A stretch of 64,000 nt of DNA from Pseudogymnoascus verrucosus (taxonomy: Eukaryota). The notes below the pieces were generated by a model. The model was not told the DNA's origin, made no database searches, and saw nothing but the letters and a program-made list of their open reading frames with translations. Positions 24,561 through 34,446 of this stretch are shown piece after piece; positions within the stretch are counted from its first letter, which is position 1, and each line of letters opens with the position of its first letter. The position numbers were made by a program, and so were the translations under genes. Where the stretch lies: assembly GCA_001662655.1 (NCBI GenBank), contig KV460213.1. One strand, written 5' to 3'.

Positions 24561-24812
24561 CTTGAAAAATTATAAATTTTCCAATTATTTATATTTTTTT
24601 TTTGAGGGTTTGCCGGATGATTTGGAAAAATTGTTTAATTGAAGATTGTAAATTAATTAAAGGGGGAGAACTAGGAGTGTTATCTTTATACTTGGGAACT
24701 TAGGACGAGATGAACCTAAAGAAAGCAAGTATCATAATGATGCCCATAAATCTAAACGCTAGCAGGGTAGTAGCAAAAGGGTAAGATGGGGTTAAAACTA
24801 GGCACATTGATT

Positions 24813-24832
24813 CTTAAAAGCGATACTCCGCG
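24813..24832 (+). promoter_or_regulatory. Cluster A motif site inside an exact 20-bp repeat; GH5 promoter
   Basis: CTTAAAAGCGATACTCCGCG, identical to 11373-11392, about 250 bp upstream of the GH5 ATG. Confidence 0.75.
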
Positions 24833-24893
24833 GTAGGTAAGCATGAGATTCAGATGTTTTGCGAACACCATGCGGTCCTAGAACCAGTCAGGA

Positions 24894-25003
24894 CTCTGGG
24901 AGCCAGGGGGCTTCCGGGAACGAGTGTTCCAGGAAGCATGGGAATTCCAGAAGCGGGACTTCTGGGAGTGTTGGGAGTTCTGGGAGCCGGGGTGTTTCCA
25001 GGA
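24894..25003. repeat. Degenerate array of 7 YTCYRGRA cores spaced 15 or 18 bp
   Basis: Cores at 24894, 24912, 24927, 24945, 24960, 24978 and 24996. Confidence 0.7.
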
Positions 25004-25845
25004 ATCACGTGGGGCCCACAGGGCTTCCAGCATGGATAGATTTGTGGTGTAAATCCAATGATGCGGAGAGGGTCACGTGACAAGCAACAAGATAGCTGGA
25101 CAGTTTGGGATATCCTCACATATCCAACTATCCTATCTATCCCTTTGGCACGACGCCACTATATAAGTAGATAGTTATTTCTCTAGCCCCTTTAAGCTAA
25201 CATGCTTAATAGGCGAGCTAAGTTAATAAGGACCAGACACGAAACTTTTTAATTGTATTGTGTAAGGGGGCTTTCCTGTTAGACTGACAACGCCATACAA
25301 GATATTTACGATGAAGTTGCCTATCTCTTGGCCTATAATAATGTATAGCAATTTAATGGAACTCGTGGTCCTGGCGATTTCTAAGAAGTGGTTGGGTTGA
25401 TGTGTCATTCGTTTTCAGTCTGGTGGGTCTCTGTGGCAAATGTGTCCACAATCGTATATCAACGCGATTAGATAACCAGGTGGAGAACACGAGAGTGACT
25501 TAGAAATCACAAGAAATCACAAGGCTCCCAAGGTTGCGTGTGTTGCCACGGAAAATGCCGCTCCATTGGTCACCGTCTATTATTATCCACAACCACAATG
25601 GAGATTAGACCTTCGTAGGCGTGCAATCGCTCGCCTGTTTAACCGCAATTTACAATTATCCCCTTATTCGATCACTATATTAATTTTTGTTTTCCTATCA
25701 AATCACCTAGTTCTCGCCCATTACATGGACTCTACAGCTGCCCCGTAACCTATATCCTGTTTCTCAAACTCTCTTGAAGCTAGCGCGTCTCCGCCCATGA
25801 CGACATCTTGTTAGGTAGCTCCGTAATTCCAGCCTACACATAGCC

Positions 25846-27982
25846 ATGAGCAATAGCCAGACCAGTGACCCACAACCTGTTCCGCGGCTGTCCTGCATCC
25901 AGTGTCGTGGTAAGAAGTTGAAATGTGACCGTGTGAGGCCACGCTGCGCGCGTTGTACGAGACTTCAAGAAGAGTGCCTCTATCCGAAATCCAGGCAAAA
26001 GCTAGTTGGGAAACGAATACAGGTCAAAGAGCTCGAGGCTAGGCTAGGTTAGTTGCTTCTGTCTCGCCATCTTACTCTAGAAATAGAGTTATGCCGCTGT
26101 AGTGAGGGTGGCTAATTAGATGAAGGCCAGCTTGAGGACTCAGTAAAGAACGCTAAAGCGGACCTACAGCCGCCATCCCCGAGCGACGATAACTCTATCC
26201 CATGGGACTGGGACCACGCTGCGTCGAGCATCAGCGGTGCTGAATCATTGCTCGTAGATACTAGTGGTGCACAGCCGGCCTCTGTGCAACCGGAGGTCTT
26301 TGCTTCGGATGAACTAATTAGGCTGGGTCTCTTTGAGCACTTCCCCCCTCTTCAAGTCATGGAAGACCTGTACTTACTCAACTATTTCCGCCTTTTGAAA
26401 AATCATTTCACTAACTAAGCTTCACAGGATAGATATCTACTTCGATAAACTGCATTATGGAGCCCCCATGTTGCATCGGTCTCGTTACACAACGTCAGTG
26501 CTTCTGCCATCCCCTATGCGACCGCCAATGTGTCTTCAGTATATCGTAATGGCCTTGGCTGCAGCCTCCACAGAGACGTTCAGACATCTCGCAACACCAT
26601 TCTACCAGCGTGCTAGAGCCTATGCCGAATCAGATGAGATGATGGTAAGTTTTGCTGATCGCATGAAATTCCATACTAAAGACATTTGCAGGATCAAGGG
26701 GAGCGATTTACAACAGTGGCCCATGCACAATGCTGGACCCTAATGGCCAACTTCGAAGCTCAACTCACCTTATTTTCCCGAGCATCGACAAGTCTTTGTC
26801 GAAGCATTAGGATTGCCTAGATGCTGAATTTGCATCGAATAGATAAAGGTTGCGAGGCTCCGCTGTTAACTCTTCCGCCACCAAAAGACTGGTCTGAGTT
26901 GGAAGAGCGGCGCCGAACGTGGTGGGTGATATTTTGTTCGGATCGTTTCGTCTGTGGAACCACTGGATGGCCCACTCTGATCAACGAGCGAGATGTAAGT
27001 TCTACAAGCACTCTTACCATGTCTCTAGATGCTGATAAGCTTAGATTCATACCCTGCTTCCAGCCTCGGATGAGGCATTCGATGGCGGTGTTGAGGAACA
27101 GACGAGCTCACTTATGGCCGCAATACGGCAAGAAAATAGGGGCTATTCCTCATTTGCCGGAAGGGTTCTAGTTGCGCATATGTTTCATCGAGCAATAGAA
27201 CATACTTCCCAAAGCTATCCAGATGACAACCCGCAGGACATAAAAAACGGCCCATACTGGAGACGGCAGAGAGGCATTGACAATGACCTAGCAACCATGC
27301 TTATGTTTTTACCTGGCAATCTCCGTCTTCCTAGAAGTATCCGTTGTCAGAATGCCGTGTTCGTCAACGTTTATATCCACACCACTATTATTTGTATCCA
27401 CAGGGCAGCTGTGTCGAAGATAAATCAGTTAACGTTGCCTGAATACTTAATGAACCAAAGCCAAGGCCGGTTACTACTAGCAGCTGAGGAGATCCTTAAT
27501 ATCTTCCGCATGGTCAATGATCTTGACGCTACGCTCAAGAACCCGCTAATGGCATTCTCGATGTATATGGCCGCCTTAGTCTTCCTAGAAGACTTTGTGA
27601 TGGACCACAGCGACCAAAGTGAAGATAATCTTAATTTTCTCCAGAACATTATGATTGCTTTTGGCCGAACCAACGCTATAACTAGGTCATTAGCAATTCA
27701 GCTTGCCATGGACATGAGACAGAGTGGCTTTGACGCTTCAGCGATGGACAAGGTATAAATGAAGCCCTACTATCTGCTACTCATTATATTCTAATAGTCT
27801 AGCAGGTTAAGGGGCTATATACAGACACCGAATTAATCCCGCTGCTAACGAAGAGAGACTCTACATCCTCAAATGTTATGTTCTGCCTACAAGCAAGCTA
27901 TGTCCCGCAACAGACTATGCCTATATTATCGACCTCTGAACAGTTTCTTCTAGATGGAGATATAACTGCAGGGTTGCCATGA
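25846..27982 (+). pseudogene. Zn(II)2Cys6 / fungal_TF_MHR transcription factor with an internal stop codon
   Basis: SCIQCRGKKLKCDRVRPRCARCTRLQEEC. The exon from 26692 reads ...LCRSIRIA*MLNLHRID..EERRRTWW with TAG at 26818-26820 inside the conserved region. Confidence 0.8.
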
Positions 27983-28180
27983 CACTCCGCAGCTACACAG
28001 CCGACAGTGCCATCATTGACCCCTATGAACTTGCATTTTCCGTTCGCTCTAACGATATCACAAACGATTCATAACTAGCTGAGGAAACTTGATGTGGCAT
28101 GTATTTTAATCCTTTGATTCTCGTGGTGGATCTATTCAAATCTGATAAGTGGATTGGCAGAAAAGCGCATCCTTCGATCC

Positions 28181-29167
28181 TCACTGTGTCCCTGCATCAA
28201 GCCAGTTTTCAGTGATTGCTTTGAGACCTTCCTGCAACCACGGAGTCTCAAGCGGGGTCTCGCCATCAAAGCCGTGCTCTGCACCCTGCTCAAGGTGCAA
28301 TTTAACCTTTTCCTGCCCAAGCTTATTCTTGGCCGCCTCGACCCATTCAATACTTCCATCGACTGGCACCGCTGAGTCTTCGGTCCCATGAAAGATGAAT
28401 GTATAAGGTATATCACTGGCTTTCTCAAGCAGCGTGAATGCGTCATGTCTTTCATCAGCTCCATAATACCTCGGGAACAGCTCCTGCTGTGCAATAGCTA
28501 TGGCAATGTTTATCCGCTTTGGTGGAGTCGCCTCTGTGATAATCTTTCCAGGCTGTATGGAGTCCAAATGATCCTGGAGGACCGTCGTAGGAAGGATGGG
28601 TGCGCCAAAAATAGGCTTGGTGCGCTTAGGCGACAAAGTTAAAAATGGATAAGTGGCAATGACGGCTTTGATAAATCCTGGCGGTTGCGTCAATGCAGAA
28701 ACTATCGAGATGGCCCCTCCCGCGCTCTCGCCCTGAAGCAAGATCTTATCAAGATCGGCTTGGACACCCGCCCTAATGCTGTCAAGATGTGGCTGCAGAC
28801 CATTTCTTATCCAGTCCCAAAAATCAGATACGTCTTCATATATCTCGGCGCCGGTTGCCTCGGGGAGAAGACGGTAGTCACCGGTTACAATTATCGCTGA
28901 GTGGAGGAGGCAGTAGTCCAGAGACCATTGCGGATACCAGTCCGGATAAAGGCTGTTGCCGGAAACCTAGAAGAGTTAAAAGCGATTTGGGATTGGGCGA
29001 GGTGGGAGTTGGCTTACGAAAAACCCACCATGGAATTTTACCACGATGGGGTGGTTCCCAGAGGGAATATTCTTCGGTGTTAGAACGTAAGACTTAATAT
29101 CTTGCCCGTTAACGACTTTGTAGGTTACGACTGAGACGTCAAACTTTGAGTACTTTAGGGAATCCAT
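28181..29167 (-). CDS. Alpha/beta hydrolase (HSL-like esterase), 2 exons
   Basis: VVKFHGGFF, DYRLLPE, nucleophile GESAGG, FHGTEDSAV, AEHGFD. One intron at about 28967-29017. Confidence 0.88.
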
Positions 29168-29822
29168 TGTTAAATTCCAACTTGAAGAAAGACTTCAGTG
29201 GCGGGAATAGTATCTATTAGAACTCGAGAACTGTTATGATATACAATTGTACCAGCGTATGAAAGTGATGAGAGAAGATGAGAATGGCAAACTAACTACG
29301 GGGCTCATATGTATTAAACGGGCTGGACGATGTTTCATCTCATGTGGCGGTTGCCTAGAAGCTGTAGGATCAGAGGATATCAATGCAAGAACACGTAATC
29401 TTACATGCATTACAGCCTAATTCCACATGCCTTACAGGTCGCTAACAAATAATTCCTGGATACTATAAGATGACAGAGAGGACGACAGGGAAGATGATAG
29501 GGTATGATGACAAGGATGAGATAGAGAAGGGCAGAAAAGACGTAGGAGTGTGTAAACACTATACTAAAGGTGGGCTAGGCGCTGACGTGATATCCATCTC
29601 TCTTGTCTTGAAGTCGCAAAAGATAAATCCCAAATTCGAAGCCCGCTGGGACTCGCAACATTGGAGGGTTTAGAAACCAGAAACGAAATGCTACGATTGG
29701 TGATACAGAAGTGAGGAATGAGATGAGAAACGGCAGTTCTTTGGAGATGGGATTTCTATTCTCGAATCTAATAATCCATACAATATTGTACAATACCCAG
29801 CCACGGGAACTCAATGATCTAT

Positions 29823-30003
29823 CTACCACATTAACGCGCCAAAATTGATTGCTCCCCACACAGCCTCATAGCAGGCGACGTTCTTCCATGCCCCACCATG
29901 ATACCAAAATAGAGCGGCGGCAAGGAATCGGCCAGGTACTCCCATCACGACATAGGTTCGGTTGCTCTGATATGCGGCAACAAGGTATGTTAAGCCGAGA
30001 CTT
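29823..30003 (-). pseudogene. 3' fragment of a small multi-TM fungal membrane protein; 5' exons not identified
   Basis: LGLTYLVAAYQSNRTYVVMGVPGRFLAAALFWYHGGAWKNVACYEAVWGAINFGALMW* is protein-like with hydrophobic helices. No convincing ATG or upstream exon found. Confidence 0.4.
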
Positions 30004-30793
30004 ATCGTCGATGTACTATAGTTTCTAATTAGTTTCCTGCTGCCGCATAACGGGCAGTGTGTGTTTGTCAATTGACTAACCTCATGGCATGAATCACAGA
30101 GATTGGAGTGCCAGCCATCGGGGACGGAGGGGCGGCGATTTCTGAAGGGAAGAGGAGCATGTAGGCGCCATTGGCAAGCAGCAGGCTTCCTTGAATTCCA
30201 AGGAGGTATGTGTATAGCTTTGACATTGTGTCAGGTAGAGGATAGCGGTCAGAATAAGACTAAATGGACTTTGTGTCTTGTTGAGGCTTGTTTTTGAATC
30301 CTTATTCGCACAGACGGTAAGTTACCAGAAAATTAGTGCTTAGGCCACAGGCGAATACGGGCCGCTATTTTGATCAGGGCCCAGCCAATGGCCTTGATTA
30401 CGGAGATACATGAAATGGAGTGCTTGGCGACCAGGCCACCAATGGCCACTACATCGACTTTGGTCAGGAATCGCATATGTAGAACCCTCAGTTATGGCCA
30501 CGAAGACTCAAGGTTGACTGCCGCCGGATGTAGTTCTTCGAGCGGGGTACGGTTTACATCCCTAGTTCACATGGTACCGTTGCACGTGATCTAGCACACC
30601 AATCCATCGTAGAAATAGGCAGGTACTTTTCACTCTGTTCCTAAATTGGATACGATAATTAATAAAAGCATTGCTCTGTCAATATATTACATGTAATATC
30701 ACAGCCTGTGGTCCACAGGACAATCGAGTCGAACCAATCGTAATATGTTATATTATTTTCATAATTAAATTCCCACAGAGATATTTACCTCTC

Positions 30794-32804
30794 CTACAGA
30801 CTAACAGTAAATATATCGTCGATATGTACTTTGCTTCCACCAGCTGTGAAGATAACGAGCCCAGCATTATCAGCTACGGGAACAGCAGTAAGAGCAGTTC
30901 CACCCAAGGTGGCAGATTGGCCGCTGGAAGTTAACAAAACCTCCAGAATTTGCCATTCTCCAGTTCGGTAAGTCTCTGGATTCCCCAGGACAACATCGAT
31001 GGCCTTTGAAGTACTCCCAACGCGAACACTAACTGGTTTAGATGTGCTCACAGCATCAATCCAGATCCGCGCGTTGAATCTAAATGGCAGAGAGGCGCCT
31101 ATGGGCCGCGAGAAAACCGTGGAAGGTGCCAATTGAACCGAGTTTCCGAGGTCACCAGCAGGGTCAGGCACAATAGTTGCACTCCCCGATGACGACTTCC
31201 AAGCGGAAATATCGGAATCGTCAAATTTGCTGATCCAAATAGGTATGTTCGTGCCTGTGCCAGAATAGAACCCGAGGTTCTTGTGGCCAGTTGTTGGGTT
31301 GTTGAAGAAATCCACGGATGCATCGCCAACAATATCAACAGCCACGTCTAACGTAGGATATCCATTTAAGAGGTAGTATGCCTTAGGGTCTCGGAGACCA
31401 GGTGCTGCAAGGCCGGGCGCCTCAGTGACGGAACCGGTCGCGTTGAAATATGTGTCGATTGGTCCATAAAATGAGTTCTTCACCACCGAAAAGTATTCAT
31501 CTTGTAGTTTCCAGGTAGCTCTTCCAGACCCCTCCTTCCGAATAATATTATCGGCGAATAAGACATCTAGAGAAGCAGATGTATCTTCCGTGACAATGAC
31601 GGGAGAAATCCCAGAACCAATTTGGATAGTATTTTTGTAAATTTTGCCCCCCGTGAGAGCTCCGTCACAAATCTGGAAGATTCTTGTCTTATCATTTACC
31701 GACAGGTTATATCGGATGGTAAAATTGGTAGTTGGCTTGTCATATGGGCAAAGAAGGAAGAATCCACCTTCATTATCATGCGAAACGTTGTACTCGAACA
31801 CCGTCCCTGAGGTGGAGTGGTCGACGTCGTATGACATTCCTTAATTTAATCGTTAACAGACATCTATCGTAGCAAGAAAAAGGGGTGTTACCATCAGATG
31901 TCGTCGTCCCGCCCGAGACAGTATTGTACTGAAACAAGCTGTTAATACTATTCGCAGTCCAAACTCCAGCATTGGGAGACTTGGATCTCTTGTTGAACCC
32001 CACAACGAGATTATCTTTAACAATGGCTCCCTCGTGTCCTTTAACAACAATGCCGTCACCTCCGACATCATAGAGCCTGTTACGCTGTACAAGTAAGCCA
32101 CTTGAAGCATACCAAGGCGCAGTGCACAAAGTAAACCAGAAGGCGGCCAACTCAGGCCTCTGACACCAGTTTGACCACGTGTAGATCCCTTGACGGTCCA
32201 CAGAGCGGATCTCATTATCCTGGATGTTAATGCCAGTAAAATATGTCGGGGTAGTTGATCCGCCAGCCTCGACGACAATAGCCCCTGAAGCATTTGCGTA
32301 CTTTCCGACGGGGGCGCCGCCTGTAGTCGTCGAAGGCATGTACCCTCTCACGTCATGAATGTACAGGTTCTGAACCGTCACATCCTTTACATTTCCAGAA
32401 TCGTATCCGTAAATATAGACACCACGCAAGGCCGATTTGTTGTCTCCTGGATTGGTGACCTCCAAGTCCTCCACAACAACGTGCGAGGCCCCCTGAATAA
32501 GAACAGTACTCAGTCCGCCACCAACAACTACCGGTTTTGGCTGTTCAGCGTTGCCATAGGCACCAATGTTGATAGGGGCGCTTGTAGAGCCGCTGGAAGT
32601 CAAAACCAAAGGCCCTACAATCGACGACCCGCGCTTTAAGAGAATTTTGTCTCCTGGCTGAAGTTTCAAAGACGAGATAACAGCCAGGTTATTATATGGC
32701 TGGGATTCAGATCCTTCGCCCGCATTGTTTGCAGCTCCATCGAAGAAGTAGGAAGCTCCAGAGCATAAGCGGACAAGTGCCAAAAGAAGAAGAGAAGACT
32801 TCAT
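30794..32804 (-). CDS. Secreted right-handed parallel beta-helix protein, putative glycoside hydrolase (GH136-like), with a C-terminal beta-rich domain
   Basis: Signal peptide MKSSLLLLALVRLCSG; LQPGDKILLKRG; IGAYG..KP; repeated N..I.D/GDGI beta-helix rungs; DGMSYDVD..TVFEYNVSHDNEGGFFLLC. Single intron 31840-31891. The fold is confident; the family is inferred. Confidence 0.8.
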
Positions 32805-32988
32805 ACTGGGCAAATAACTGTCGCGAATTCCGAGGTTGTTGAGAACTATCTGAACGAGGGAATCACCTCCCTTTTGTAGACGACCAATTGCGCCTTATTA
32901 GGCGATATGAATGGCAATCGGCGACGTCGTTATCCCCGGATTTTATTTCCACTATGAGGCATCGTTTGAGCTTCAATCGCCCATGGTA

Positions 32989-33045
32989 CGGAGAAGTTGC
33001 CGAGCGAAGCTCGTGGCACAGTAGCTTGGACCGGATATCGATCCG
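32989..33045. promoter_or_regulatory. Two CGG-N8-CCG sites upstream of the beta-helix gene (cluster B motif)
   Basis: CGGAGAAGTTGCCG at 32989-33002, and CGGATATCGATCCG at 33032-33045 (reverse complement CGGATCGATATCCG). Confidence 0.65.
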
Positions 33046-34446
33046 GCTGGCGTGAAGATCGGCGGTGGTTATGCAGGACTGGCCGTCTCTGATAACGTGA
33101 GTTGCGTCTTCAGAGCGGGTTGTAACGTGGTGTCCTTCCTTGATCTCTATACCCCGTACATAGGCATAGGCGCCTAACAAATAGGGTCTTGAAGTCAACG
33201 AACTGCACTATGCCAACCCGCCGTGATCAACTATCGAGCGGCTGCCAACAAAAGGATAGAAAACCACCCTGGTTCTCCGAGCTAACACTTCATTGCTCAG
33301 GAATGGGGCAGACAAACTAGAAATAGCGCGGTATTTAGGCGAAGATGGTGTGCTCTGATTGTAAATTGGCTCGGAAAAGAAACACCTACAACTTTTATTA
33401 ATCGTGGGAACTCTGGGGTGATTTATTGGCAGCGAATTTCCCATTCTAATGGTGCCTCGCAATGCTTTTGGATACGAGGAACACGCGGTAGTATCTCGTA
33501 TAATGGTTAAAGCCGTGCATGTAGGTAGATATAGGCTTTATCCGGGGTAGGTTGTGCTGGGGATTCGCGGATAGACTAGGTCGCCAAGTAATAAGCCAAG
33601 TTTTCGGGAGTTTCCCCGACCATCCCACTGGCCAGAATTGACATGGTGCCAGGTGAGCTGACAGCTGATCAAAGAGCAGTCAGGGTCTAGGATTTTGACT
33701 ATTTCCCCAGAATCACCTATATAACTACATGGCCCATTTAGATAGTCAAATAATTGGAAATTCTCCCAACAGGCTACGAAAAGTTGAGATTAGCAACGAA
33801 GGAACCGATATTAACGACCTAGACGCGAAATAGAAACGTTGCTGTGCTTTATCTGCCCATACGACCACTGCGGAATTTAAATACAATGCGGTCTGCAACA
33901 GTAGGTTTGCACTCGTTTTTCCATCCTGGCATACCATAGTAACATGTTTTAGATCTTTTCAGCTCTGCTTTCAGTAGCTCTTGGGGCTTCTATAGATATC
34001 GCTACATCTATATCTCCAGAGTGTAGCCAAAGAATAATAACTGCTACCTTGGGCGCGACTGGATCTTGCACCCTAGTCGAGCAAGGATGGCCCATATCAG
34101 GCATAAAAACGACTGTTATAGAGCCGTGTTCCGATGACAAGTTGCTATGGCTCGCATACACTGTTGGCCAAGATGTAGACTGTGCAAACGCTCCATACAA
34201 GCACGGCCCTCTTGTGGGATCGCAGTGTTGGCCTGAGTCTAAACCAGTCGCCGGATTTGAACTGTTGTGTTTATAATGCAGTGGTCCATGCCGATTTGAT
34301 ATGGTGCTTACGTCGAGGGAAGGATCCAGCCCCAGATTAAAAATTCATGAAGGAGGCTGTATTGTGTCAAATAATCCCGCTCTAGTCGTTACCATATTAA
34401 TTTACCATTACGTCGTCTTGAACCCCTTAGCTCGCTGAATTATGCG

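Noticed and set aside
27980..27991. Extra cluster A site TGACACTCCGCA
   Set aside because: One mismatch, overlaps a stop codon between convergent genes and is not in a promoter. A similar near-match at about 42790 lies in coding sequence.
7088..29167. Secondary-metabolite biosynthetic cluster
   Set aside because: No PKS, NRPS, terpene cyclase or prenyltransferase backbone gene. The gene content looks catabolic.
33740..34330. Additional gene between the beta-helix gene and the dual-cluster TF
   Set aside because: Only short ORFs without motifs or a consistent exon chain.
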